Assembly: GCA_040753575.1 (NCBI GenBank)
Contig: JBFMEC010000001.1
Coordinates: forward strand, 1 to 55,863
Direction of reading: 5' to 3'
Origin: Nitrospirota bacterium
Lineage (GTDB): Bacteria > Nitrospirota > Thermodesulfovibrionia > Thermodesulfovibrionales > SM23-35
Length of the DNA: 55,863 bases
Part shown: one piece after another, positions 1-9,414 of the stretch
Layout of the letters: every line of letters begins with the position of its first letter
How positions within the stretch are numbered: the first letter of the stretch is position 1
The notes under the pieces: model-generated
Databases searched by the model: none
Told to the model about the DNA's origin: nothing
The model's input: only the letters and a program-made list of their open reading frames with translations
Program-made: the position numbers and the translations under genes

Positions 1-64
1 GTTGATAGACTTTCTTTTGAAAACAAAAAATTTTTAGGTTATATAAAATAGTTCTTAAAGGTTT

Positions 65-2812
65 TTATGAAAGCACCAGGTATTGATGTTCTTCCACGGT
101 GCCCTTATCTTTAATACCGTGGGATTCACAGTGTTGAACATTTTCAGAGAAGATATCAACAACTTTGAACCATTTCAAGGCAATCTTAGACAATTGTTTT
201 GACATGTTACATTTCCTGCTATTGCCGAGATGAAGAACAAAAACCCCATCATTTTTTAAACGTTCCCGTGCTTGCCTAAAAATTGATTCGTATACAGAGA
301 AATCTGTTTTTTGACGCTCATCTACAAACATTAATGGCTTGGAACGAAAGTCTTCAGCTTCCCACCCGCAGAACCAAAGCCTAAGCCAGTTTGCAAGATG
401 AAAGCGAGTGCTATCAAAAAATGGAGGTGATGTAACAATTGCATCAAGATTATCAATCTCTTGCGGCCACCATTTTGTTGCATCTTGGTAATAAACCTTT
501 CCCTCAACAAAGTATTCAGGATATTCCACATCAAGACTTCTTTGAACCTTATCATGCAATCGTGGCATCAATGGTCTGTATTCGAAAGGCCCCCTCGGAG
601 AAAAAGGGGTTATAGGATGAGACCTTCGGCTTAAAGCATAAGGGCGATTCCCATGCAAAATATGAAGCAAACTGGCTAACACTAAATATTCAGAAGCTGA
701 TTCAGGTGGATTCTCACTGAAATACTTTCTCGCAAGCAAGATTTCTTTAAGTGTATTTTCTTCATAATAGTCAAGAATGCTTTTATTAAAGGCAATTACA
801 GAAGCGCTATTAAGTTCCTTCTCATATACTTTTTGGGCTTTCAGGTAGTCATCAAGTTCATTTAATAAATGTTGGCACTCGATTAAATTTGGTTTCTTGA
901 TTTTTGCAGATACAATTATTCTTGCTGCGGGGCTTATTTCAAAGCTGTACGATTTATGCCCTTGCAAAGCTGCTTCAAACGGAATAGTGCCTACTCCTGC
1001 AAAAGGGTCTAAAACAACTCCATTTTCGGGGACAAAGGTCTTAACTAAGAAGTGAGCTAAAGAAGGCTTCATCTTTCCTTGATAGGAGCATAACGAGTGA
1101 AGGGGGTGGCCCCAATTGCGCTTTGAAAACGGAGTCTTTTGATGAGGGATTTCTTCTTTAAATTGAATCCATCGATTCTTCCAATGATAATCCCTTTCCC
1201 CTGTGATTATTTTATGTATTTTGGCATTTGTGAATATAAGCAGCACCTGACAAAGAGGCTGAGAACCATTTCTTGAAAGTCTTTTGCGAAGTAAAACTTC
1301 GCCTTTTAGTTTATATCTTTTATCTAACATGAGCTCCGTTAAAATTCTATCGGTCGGGACATGAACCCCACCATAAATCGAATCACCTATATCAACTGCA
1401 ATAATTGAATTATCTTTAAGGTGATATTTAAGCGATTCAAAAATCGTATTCATATCGGTGAAATAATCTTTTACCATTTTTGGAATACGAGGGTCATAAG
1501 CATTTTCTTTTAATTTAGTGACAACAGTGTCAATAGACGGATGATTTAAATTCCCGGTTTTTCTTTGAGAAACATCATTTATGCCTGCGGTTACTGACTT
1601 CTCACGGAAGGAAGTCAAGTCTTTCGGTGAATGAAGACATCTCAGAAACCAGAGTTCTATTTTTGTGTTCCTAAAGTAATTCGTTCCATTTAAATATGGA
1701 GGACTTGTTATTACAGCATCTACTTCGAGGGGTGGAATCAATGATATTTCTTTTGCATCCTCGCATATAAGAAGCGGGCGAGTAGAAATATGATTCAATT
1801 GATTCAGGTCTGAAATCATCCTATTCAATTGCTTTATAGTGCTATTTTCAAAGTCAACCTTTTCTTTTATTAGTTCTTTTTCTGTTTTATAACGCAGATC
1901 ACCAGCACGTTTTAGTAGTGATGCTGGCACAAGACTTGAAACAATAGCTACGCTGAGAAAATCCGAAGTTAGAGGGTCACTGCATGCAATGTAATCCAAC
2001 ATGGCTCTACTTTTTAAAACTGTCTCAAAGGTCAGATCGTCAAAAAACTTACTATTTCCAAAGACGCTTATATAAGTAGAAGCCAATTCTTGATCCAGAA
2101 ACATTTTGCTGATAAGCTGAGAGAAATTAATAGAAATATCCTTGAGCCTATCTATAAGTCTTATGCGCCTGTCTTCTTTAAGGGTAAGCGCTTTTATTTT
2201 AATATCAATTAATTGCTGCAAAAGGGGATTGATTTCGCAATAAAAAGCCATCTTATAGTGGCGGGCAGCAGTTAATGGCGTAGTGCCTGTGCCTGCAAAT
2301 GGGTCGAAAACGCAAGTGGAATTTGGAGCAAAATCATTCAATATATTTTCTACAAATTCTGGAGAGTACCCTTCCAACAAAGGATACCAGAGGTGAAGAG
2401 GTTCTGCATGACCACCCCTAAAGGTAGCGTGGATAGGATTGATAGTAGTAGTGCCGGGAAGGTAAGGTTGTTGAGATTCTCGCGCTATTAAAGGAATCTT
2501 TTCCTTCAAAATGCGTAAGCAAAAAGTATTTACCGGCAGGTGTTCTTTGCCCGCATCAGATTTTAAATCGTTGTAACTTGTATATCCTATTATTTCTCTT
2601 ATTTCTTGGCTCGAAAGAGGAAAAACAATATCGAATATGTCCTTTTCTTTTTCGCCGAACGCAATTTTTAAATTTTTCTTCTTAGAGGAGGATGCAGGAT
2701 AATCTTTAAAATAGATAGTTTTGAATGCTTGGCTCATTTGCGAAGAAACTACCATAATATGGTAGTTAGTGTCAAGAACTTTTAAGAGTTCACTTTCATA
2801 AAAAAATTGCAA
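65..2812 (-). CDS. Two-module DNA (N4-cytosine/N6-adenine type) methyltransferase, internally duplicated
   Basis: There are two AdoMet motif-I copies (FDPFAGTGTTPLTA near aa 170; LDPFAGVGTIPFEA near aa 600). Each is followed about 195 aa later by a catalytic (V/I)TSPP(Y/F) motif (VITSPPYLNG; IVTSPPFFDS), and the flanks of the two copies align to each other. The track start is TTG; an ATG at 2755 is an alternative. Confidence 0.8.
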   Translation of the reverse strand: MQFFYESELLKVLDTNYHIMVVSSQMSQAFKTIYFKDYPASSSKKKNLKIAFGEKEKDIFDIVFPLSSQEIREIIGYTSYNDLKSDAGKEHLPVNTFCLRILKEKIPLIARESQQPYLPGTTTINPIHATFRGGHAEPLHLWYPLLEGYSPEFVENILNDFAPNSTCVFDPFAGTGTTPLTAARHYKMAFYCEINPLLQQLIDIKIKALTLKEDRRIRLIDRLKDISINFSQLISKMFLDQELASTYISVFGNSKFFDDLTFETVLKSRAMLDYIACSDPLTSDFLSVAIVSSLVPASLLKRAGDLRYKTEKELIKEKVDFENSTIKQLNRMISDLNQLNHISTRPLLICEDAKEISLIPPLEVDAVITSPPYLNGTNYFRNTKIELWFLRCLHSPKDLTSFREKSVTAGINDVSQRKTGNLNHPSIDTVVTKLKENAYDPRIPKMVKDYFTDMNTIFESLKYHLKDNSIIAVDIGDSIYGGVHVPTDRILTELMLDKRYKLKGEVLLRKRLSRNGSQPLCQVLLIFTNAKIHKIITGERDYHWKNRWIQFKEEIPHQKTPFSKRNWGHPLHSLCSYQGKMKPSLAHFLVKTFVPENGVVLDPFAGVGTIPFEAALQGHKSYSFEISPAARIIVSAKIKKPNLIECQHLLNELDDYLKAQKVYEKELNSASVIAFNKSILDYYEENTLKEILLARKYFSENPPESASEYLVLASLLHILHGNRPYALSRRSHPITPFSPRGPFEYRPLMPRLHDKVQRSLDVEYPEYFVEGKVYYQDATKWWPQEIDNLDAIVTSPPFFDSTRFHLANWLRLWFCGWEAEDFRSKPLMFVDERQKTDFSVYESIFRQARERLKNDGVFVLHLGNSRKCNMSKQLSKIALKWFKVVDIFSENVQHCESHGIKDKGTVEEHQYLVLS

Positions 2813-3225
2813 TAAAAGTGGACTTTTGGGCTGACGTCTTATCTGGAGAAGATTATATGGAATGTCAGGATGAGGCCAAAGTCGAGTATCTGAAGATAAG
2901 GCTTAAATCAGGGTTTAATAAAGATAAAGTTCCAAAGATGACTCTTATTTCACAGAAATCCTTCCGGAACTAAAAGCCTTAAAGAAAAAATAGACCAAAT
3001 AATCTCAGACCACATTCCTTCTATCACAAGCCAGAAATTACAAAAAAAGATTCTGCAAAAATTACAGGGAGAGTTATTTGAATAAGGATAAAAATCTTAT
3101 TGCCCTGATGCCGAGCATTCTCGTTGCAAGTCGTATACTGAGCATGGCTTTAAAAGGAGAATCAAAATAAGAGTCAAAAGAGACCTATGTTATAATTATG
3201 TAAATATTTCATGTAAGGAGGAAGC

Positions 3226-3465
3226 ATGCCATCTATGAAAGCGATCGAAGATAAAATCATCATGAAATTAAAAGACTTACCAGAAGAGGGGAAAAAGGAA
3301 GTACTTGCATATATAGATCATTTAAAAAGTAAAAAAACAGAAAAAACTCTAAGACTGATAAAGAAAACCGCAGGTGCATGGAAAGGGCTTATTGATACTG
3401 AAAAGTTAAAGCGTGATATTTATTCAGACAGGCTTATTTCTACAAGGTCAAGAGTCAAGTTTTGA
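3226..3465 (+). CDS. Antitoxin (DUF2281-like) of a VapBC-type pair
   Basis: 79 aa with an N-terminal KLKDLPEEGKKEVLAYIDHLKSKK pattern. The stop overlaps the TTG start of the downstream PIN gene (TTGA overlap at 3462-3465). RBS AAGGAGG upstream. Confidence 0.6.
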   Translation: MPSMKAIEDKIIMKLKDLPEEGKKEVLAYIDHLKSKKTEKTLRLIKKTAGAWKGLIDTEKLKRDIYSDRLISTRSRVKF

Positions 3466-3857
3466 AATATTTAATCGACACTGACTGGATTATAGACCAT
3501 CTTAATGGTATCGAATCTGTAACAAAGAAACTTGAAAAGTTAGCTCCTTCAGGCATCTGTACAAGTATCATATCTGTTGCTGAACTTTACGAAGGTGTAT
3601 ATGGTTCAAGGAATTACGAAGATAGCCTTAGTGCATTAGAAACTTTTCTTGAAGGTATTACAGTTTTACCCATAGACCAAGATATATGTAGAATCTTTGG
3701 AAGAGAAAGAAATAAATTACGGAAACATGGAAACATTATTGGAGACTTTGACCTTCTGATAGCCTCTATATGTTTAAGACACAATCTTACACTTCTGACA
3801 AATAATAAAGAACATTTTGAAAGAATAGATTCACTAAAAATTATCTCATTGGTATAG
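3462..3857 (+). CDS. vapC: PIN-domain toxin VapC
   Basis: 131 aa. Has the MKYLIDTDWIIDHL N-terminus (first acidic PIN residue), SVAELYEG and DLLIASICLRHNLTLLTNNKEHFERI. Translationally coupled to the antitoxin. Confidence 0.8.
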   Translation: MKYLIDTDWIIDHLNGIESVTKKLEKLAPSGICTSIISVAELYEGVYGSRNYEDSLSALETFLEGITVLPIDQDICRIFGRERNKLRKHGNIIGDFDLLIASICLRHNLTLLTNNKEHFERIDSLKIISLV

Positions 3858-4004
3858 TTGACAGACTAAATGTATAAAACGGGGCGAGTACATTTTTCAG
3901 AGCTTATTCTAAATGAAGCCTCAAATCAGAATGTTTTGCAATCGTCTTAAAGTGTTCTCTTTTGTAAAAGTGGCATTCCCCTGCTTAATTTGAGGTGAAA
4001 TGAC

Positions 4005-4583
4005 ATGAGTTTATCCGGGAATATGAAAAATAGGTTAATAGAACTTATTATTGAAAAGGCTTTTAAATACAGCGAAGATCCTATGTTTAAGCTTGTTTCG
4101 GGCAGGATGAGCAACTATTATTTCAACTGTAAGGCTGTGTCTTTGCATCCTGAGGGGATGTATCTAATAGGGAATCTTATTTTTGATCATATCAAAGGCC
4201 TTGATGTGAGGGGAATTGGCGGGCTTACACTTGGTGCCGATCCGATAGCATGTGCTGTGGCTTATACATCCTATCTCAAAGGAAAGCCTGTAGAAGCCTT
4301 TGTAGTTCGCAAATCGCCGAAATCCCATGGGACAATGCTCTGGATAGAAGGGAATGTAAAAAAAGGCGATAAAGTGGTGATTATTGATGATGTCATCACG
4401 ACGGGCAAATCGACTATTGAGGCTATAGGAAGGGTAAAAGAAGAAGGACTTGAGATTGTAAAGGTGATCTCTCTCATCGACAGGCAGGAAGGTGGCAGAG
4501 AGGCCATAGAGGCATTAGGTTATAAAGTCGATTCTGTTATTACAAAGGCTGAGGTAATGGAGCTATATAGGCGTCAACTATAA
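4005..4583 (+). CDS. pyrE: Orotate phosphoribosyltransferase
   Basis: 192 aa with the PRPP-binding loop KVVIIDDVITTGKST and SGRMSNYYFNCK. RBS GAGGTGA. Confidence 0.9.
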   Translation: MSLSGNMKNRLIELIIEKAFKYSEDPMFKLVSGRMSNYYFNCKAVSLHPEGMYLIGNLIFDHIKGLDVRGIGGLTLGADPIACAVAYTSYLKGKPVEAFVVRKSPKSHGTMLWIEGNVKKGDKVVIIDDVITTGKSTIEAIGRVKEEGLEIVKVISLIDRQEGGREAIEALGYKVDSVITKAEVMELYRRQL

Positions 4584-4628
4584 TGCAGACATTGCTCAAA
4601 AATTTATTTAACTTTCACAACATCTGCG
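4583..4628. repeat. Short member of a MITE-like inverted-repeat family, positioned as a hairpin between convergent pyrE and oppC
   Basis: ATGCAGACATTGCTCAAAAATTTATTTAACTT matches the arm at 29113-29143 (reverse complement) at about 28/33. The right half CTTTCACAACATCTGCG is the reverse complement of the arm at 28998-29013 at about 14/16. Confidence 0.6.
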
Positions 4629-4636
4629 TTATTCAG

Positions 4637-5488
4637 TTAATGCCTCTCAGCCTCCCAGAGCCTTGGATCAAGGGCATCTCTTAATCCCTCTCCAACAAGG
4701 TTATAGCTTAAAACCGTAATCAATATTGCAAGCCCCGGATATAAAGAGAGCCACCATGCAACCTCTATATTATCCTTCCCCGAGGTTAAAATATTCCCCC
4801 AGCTCGGGTCTGGCGGTTGCACTCCAAGGCCGAGAAAGGAAAGGCCTGATTCAACGAGTATTGCACCGGCGATACCAAATGTGGCTGCCACAAAGACGGG
4901 TGAAAGGGCATTCGGCAGGATATGCCTGAATATAAGTCTGGCATCACTAACCCCCATAGCTCTTGCAGCACTGACAAAATCCCTTTCTTTTAAGGTGAGG
5001 AATTCTGCCCTGACAAGCCTCGCCACATCCATCCAGTTAGTGATTCCTATTACAGCCATTATCGTAAAAATACTGGGTTCAAGAATTGCAATAACGGCAA
5101 GTATCAGAAAGAAAGTTGGGAAGGCAAGCATAATGTCAACAAACCTCATAAGTATCGCATCTATCCTTCCTCCATAAAAACCAGCAACTGCGCCAATAAT
5201 AATACCTATTGCTATCGCAATCCCTACTGCAACGAAACCGACTTTTAAAGAGACCCTGCTCCCCCATATTATTCTTGAAAGCAGATCTCGACCGAGCTCG
5301 TCAGTACCTAATAGATGTGTTTTGCTCGGAGGTGAAAGCACATTATGGACATCTATCGCAGTTGGCTCATAGGGCGCAATGAAAGGCGCAAGAAGAGATA
5401 TAGTTATGAGTAACAACACTGTTATTGCACCAATGACAGAAAGCCTGTTCTCTGAGAATCTTCGGCCTATAACCTTCAAGAGTCTCAT
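4637..5488 (-). CDS. ABC peptide/nickel-type transporter permease (OppC/DppC family)
   Basis: 283 aa, about 6 TM segments, with the binding-protein-dependent transport EAA-like region [21 protein letters not shown]. 4-nt overlap with the upstream permease. Confidence 0.8.
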   Translation of the reverse strand: MRLLKVIGRRFSENRLSVIGAITVLLLITISLLAPFIAPYEPTAIDVHNVLSPPSKTHLLGTDELGRDLLSRIIWGSRVSLKVGFVAVGIAIAIGIIIGAVAGFYGGRIDAILMRFVDIMLAFPTFFLILAVIAILEPSIFTIMAVIGITNWMDVARLVRAEFLTLKERDFVSAARAMGVSDARLIFRHILPNALSPVFVAATFGIAGAILVESGLSFLGLGVQPPDPSWGNILTSGKDNIEVAWWLSLYPGLAILITVLSYNLVGEGLRDALDPRLWEAERH

Positions 5489-6462
5489 TTACTTCTCATC
5501 CTTATTCTCGGGTCAACCAGTGCATAGGATATATCGGCAATCAGATTTCCAAACAATGTAAGGACTGCCCCGATCACAAGAATTCCCATTATCGTTGGAT
5601 AATCTCTCGACATGGTGGATGAATAAAAAAGCTGCCCCATGCCTGGAATCGCAAAGATTGTTTCAAATATCACGCCACCACCTATAAGACCGGGTACAGA
5701 AAGCCCCAGGATTGTTACAATCGGCATGAGGGCGTTCCTGAAGGCATGTTTGAAAATAACCCGTGATCCTGGTAAACCTTTCGCTATGGCAGTCCTGATA
5801 TAGTCCTGTCTTATGACCTCCAGCATGCTTGAGCGGCTATATCGGCTCAGCCCTGCGATTCCCCCAAAGGCGGAGACTCCTATAGGAAGGATTAGGTGTT
5901 TGATCCAGTCGAGCAACCTCTCGAGAGGTGTCATCTCTGATACGTCTATACTCTGAATGCCCGATATCGGGAGAATACCCATATTAACACCAAAGAGTAT
6001 CATTAGCAGGAGGGCAAGCCAGAAGGTGGGAGTGGAGAAACCTATGAAGACGAAAATTGTTGAGAGCTTATCAAAGAGCGAATACTGTTTTACCGCAGAA
6101 AAGGTGCCGACAGGGATCGCAAAAATAAATATCAGCATCAGCGAAAGGATATTAATCGTTAAAGTAATGGGGATCCTTTCGATGATCTTATCAATAACCT
6201 TTCTACCGTCCACGAAGGACTTTCCGAAATCGAGGTTAGCAAACCTCTTTAGCCAGTCGATATACTGGACATGCAAAGGCTTATCAAGACCATAAAGCCT
6301 TTTTAAATTCTCCTTTGCCTGGGCCGATGCCTTAAGAGACATCTCTGTTTGAACCTCCACGGGGCTTCCGGGTGCAAGATGAATTACTATAAAAGTTATA
6401 AGCGTAATTCCAAAGAGCAGGGGGGTCATGAGAAGAAGCCTTTTTGTCAAATAAGAGAGCAT
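5485..6462 (-). CDS. ABC peptide/nickel-type transporter permease (OppB/DppB family)
   Basis: 325 aa with the typical OppB N-terminus [34 protein letters not shown] and [25 protein letters not shown]. Confidence 0.8.
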   Translation of the reverse strand: MLSYLTKRLLLMTPLLFGITLITFIVIHLAPGSPVEVQTEMSLKASAQAKENLKRLYGLDKPLHVQYIDWLKRFANLDFGKSFVDGRKVIDKIIERIPITLTINILSLMLIFIFAIPVGTFSAVKQYSLFDKLSTIFVFIGFSTPTFWLALLLMILFGVNMGILPISGIQSIDVSEMTPLERLLDWIKHLILPIGVSAFGGIAGLSRYSRSSMLEVIRQDYIRTAIAKGLPGSRVIFKHAFRNALMPIVTILGLSVPGLIGGGVIFETIFAIPGMGQLFYSSTMSRDYPTIMGILVIGAVLTLFGNLIADISYALVDPRIRMRSK

Positions 6463-6477
6463 ATCCTGACCTTAACC

Positions 6478-9315
6478 TCAGCCTATTGTCGGAACTTGGT
6501 CAGCCGTTGTCTTATCAAGGATGGCTTTTAAATACTTTCCCGTATAGGATTTTTTAACATTAATAATTTCTTCGGGTGGACCTTCAAAAATGATCCTCCC
6601 TCCTTTATCTCCACCTTCGGGACCTAAATCCACTATCCAGTCCGATGCCTTTATGACATCGAGGTTATGTTCGATAACAACAACTGTATTACCTGAGTCA
6701 ACCAGTCTCTGGAGCACATCGAGTAATGCCTTAACATCCCTGAAATGTAATCCCACTGTAGGCTCGTCAAGTATGTAAAGAAGCCCCTTCATTTCATAAG
6801 TTTTTCCGAAAGGAAATTTAGTTTCTCTCATAGCTTCTAACTCTGCGCATATTTTGAGCCTCTGTGCCTCACCTCCCGAAAGTGTAGTTGCCGGTTGACC
6901 GAGCCTGATGTAGCCAAGTCCTATATCTTTCAGTAAGGAAAGTTTATTTCTAACGGGAGCAATATCGGAAAAAAGTTCCATAGCTTCTTCTACCGTCATG
7001 TTCAGGACATCGTCTATATTTTTACCCCTGTAGGTTACCCGCAGGGCCTCTGGTTTGTATCTCCTGCCGCCGCATTTTTCACATTTAATATAGAGGTCTT
7101 CAAAGAAATACATCTCAAGCCTCTGGTATCCTTCACCTTTGCAGGTCTCACATCTGCCTCCTGGCACATTAAAGGAGAAGAATCCTTGCCCGTATCCGTA
7201 GGTCTTTGCCTCTGTCTGTTCTGCGAAGAGTTTTCTTATTACATCGAAGACCTTCAAATATGTCACGGGATTCGAACGGGGAGTCCTGCCTATTGGTGTC
7301 TGGTCGATGAGTTTAATGCCTCTTAAAAACTTGGTACCTTCAATCTTTTCATAGGGCAAGGGGAATTCTCTTTCGCCTTGAAACTCCTTAGCCAGTACCC
7401 TATAGAGAGTCTCTACAATGAGGCTGCTTTTTCCTGAACCTGAGACCCCTGTCACTGTTGTAAGCGTCTGTAAAGGGATATGGAGATCCACGGACTTCAG
7501 GTTGTTGCCCGTAGCACCAAAGAGCAAGAGTTTTCTCCCGCTGCCATTTCTCCTCTTCAGGGGAGGTTCTATTTTGTCAATTCCCTTTATATAACGTGAT
7601 GTTAGAGTATCAGTTTTAAGGAACTCCTCCATCGTACCTGAAAATACCACCTTTCCTCCTTTATGGCCACCTCCGGGGCCAAGTTCGACTATCCAATCGG
7701 CAGAACCTACGATCTCTCTATCATGTTCAACAACAAGTATGGAGTTACCAAGTCTCGAAAGATCTAACATAATGTCCGCAATTATTTCTGTGTCTCTTGC
7801 ATGGAGCCCGACTGTTGGTTCGTCCAGCACATAGAGTGTACCCGTAAGAAATGATGCAAGCTGGTTTGACAGGTTGATCCTCTGGTATTCACCTCCCGAA
7901 AGAGTCCTGCCATCGCGGCTCAGGTTAAGATAATCAATACCTACCCGCTGGAGGAACCTGAGTTTCATATCAATCTGCCTGAAGAGTTCCTTTGCAAGAT
8001 CTCTTTGAAAGGGAGATATCTCCAGATTTGCGAAAAACTTAATTATATCTGATACTGCCATCTCACTTAGTTCTGCTATATCAAGACCTGAAAGCCTGTA
8101 TGCCAGCGACTCCTTCCTTAACCTTTTACCATGGCATTGAGAACAGATTATAGGCCTTCTATACCGGCTAAGGAAAACCCTGATATGAAGCTTGTATCTC
8201 CTGCTTTCCATCTCCTCGAAGAAATCATCAATCCCATAAAAACTGCTGCTGCCTTTAAATAAACGAGCTTTCTCTTCAGGAGAAAAGTCTGCGTATGGCT
8301 TATTGATGTCAATGCCCCCTTTATGGGCGTTCTTTAAGAGCTGTCCTTTCCACCACCTGTAAGCGGGCTTGTCCCATGGCTCAACCGCACCCTCTGCCAC
8401 CGAACGATCTTTATCGGGAATTATCAAATCCTCATCATATCTGAGTATATTTCCGAATCCCTTGCAGGCAGGACAGGCACCAACAGGATGGTTGAAAGAG
8501 AAGAGAAGAGGATATGGTTTTGGCAGTTCGATGGTACATTCATCGCATATGTTTTCGGAAGTGAAAACGTGACCCGTGACCCGTGACCCGTGACTCGTAT
8601 TTATAATGATGACCTTTATTCTTCCCTTTCCTTCCTTCCATGCCATCTCTACGGAGTCCGAGAGTCTCGCCTCATCTTTGATCACAAGCCTGTCGAGGAC
8701 AATATCAATTAATCCCCCCTTGCCCCCCTTTAGTAAAGGGGGGATGGGGGGATTTTCGTCCTTTTGAAATTCCGAAATATCAACGACTTCGTCGTTGAGC
8801 CATAACCTGTAAAATCCCCTCTTCTTAAGCTCCCCGATTGATTCTCTTGTTTCGAAAAGTATGATAGCCTTTTCTCCTGAATGTTTTTCTACAAGCTCTG
8901 AAATCACCTGCGATGTATCCCACATTCTTATCTCCCTGCCGCAGTTTGGGCAAAAGGGTGTAGAAATTTTTGAGTAGAGGATCCTGAAGAGATCATAAAG
9001 CTCTGTCAACGTTCCAACGGTCGATCGTGATCCCTTAACAGGATTTTTCTGTTCAAGGGCTATGGCGGGTCTGATGTTGTGTATTGCATCAACATCAGGT
9101 CTATCAAGTTTCTCGAGAAAAAGTCTTGCATAGGTTGACAGAGATTCGATGAACCTCCATTGTCCTTCGGCAAAGACGGTATCAAAGGCAAGAGATGATT
9201 TCCCGGAGCCCGATACTCCTGTAATAGCTATGACCCTGTCATGGGGGAGACGGAGGTTAATATTCTTGAGGTTATTCTGCCGGGCACCCTCGATTATCAG
9301 TCTTCTTTCAGGCAT
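6478..9315 (-). CDS. uvrA: Excinuclease ABC subunit A
   Basis: 945 aa. Two ABC ATPase modules (GVSGSGKSSLAFDT and GVSGSGKSSL), LSGGE signatures, Zn-finger CxxC pairs, and an N-terminus IIEGARQNNLKNI. Confidence 0.97.
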   Translation of the reverse strand: MPERRLIIEGARQNNLKNINLRLPHDRVIAITGVSGSGKSSLAFDTVFAEGQWRFIESLSTYARLFLEKLDRPDVDAIHNIRPAIALEQKNPVKGSRSTVGTLTELYDLFRILYSKISTPFCPNCGREIRMWDTSQVISELVEKHSGEKAIILFETRESIGELKKRGFYRLWLNDEVVDISEFQKDENPPIPPLLKGGKGGLIDIVLDRLVIKDEARLSDSVEMAWKEGKGRIKVIIINTSHGSRVTGHVFTSENICDECTIELPKPYPLLFSFNHPVGACPACKGFGNILRYDEDLIIPDKDRSVAEGAVEPWDKPAYRWWKGQLLKNAHKGGIDINKPYADFSPEEKARLFKGSSSFYGIDDFFEEMESRRYKLHIRVFLSRYRRPIICSQCHGKRLRKESLAYRLSGLDIAELSEMAVSDIIKFFANLEISPFQRDLAKELFRQIDMKLRFLQRVGIDYLNLSRDGRTLSGGEYQRINLSNQLASFLTGTLYVLDEPTVGLHARDTEIIADIMLDLSRLGNSILVVEHDREIVGSADWIVELGPGGGHKGGKVVFSGTMEEFLKTDTLTSRYIKGIDKIEPPLKRRNGSGRKLLLFGATGNNLKSVDLHIPLQTLTTVTGVSGSGKSSLIVETLYRVLAKEFQGEREFPLPYEKIEGTKFLRGIKLIDQTPIGRTPRSNPVTYLKVFDVIRKLFAEQTEAKTYGYGQGFFSFNVPGGRCETCKGEGYQRLEMYFFEDLYIKCEKCGGRRYKPEALRVTYRGKNIDDVLNMTVEEAMELFSDIAPVRNKLSLLKDIGLGYIRLGQPATTLSGGEAQRLKICAELEAMRETKFPFGKTYEMKGLLYILDEPTVGLHFRDVKALLDVLQRLVDSGNTVVVIEHNLDVIKASDWIVDLGPEGGDKGGRIIFEGPPEEIINVKKSYTGKYLKAILDKTTADQVPTIG
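8571..8598. repeat. Heptamer tandem repeat GACCCGT x3 + GACTCGT inside uvrA
   Basis: Direct reading: gacccgt gacccgt gacccgt gactcgt. It encodes TSHGSRVTG on the minus strand, in a variable loop of UvrA. Confidence 0.9.
8711..8754. repeat. C-run/G-run palindromic element, in frame inside uvrA
   Basis: AATCCCCCC TTG CCCCCC TTTAGTAAA GGGGGG AT GGGGGG ATT. It is translated as PPIPPLLKGGKGG. The same architecture recurs at 19564-19604. Confidence 0.85.
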
Positions 9316-9414
9316 TTTTATTATTTTACACTTTTCAGGCGTGGATCTGCGAAATACGATTCTGGAATAATTCTTTGCTCCTGAGTGTTATGCCTGGTTA
9401 GTTCCGGGAAAAAA

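Noticed and set aside
2866-2982. Short ORF MECQDEAKVEYLKIRLKSGFNKDKVPKMTLISQKSFRN in the methyltransferase-vapB gap
   Set aside because: It is below any reasonable support threshold, has no RBS and no recognisable domain. It is kept only as part of the possible pseudogene-remnant observation.
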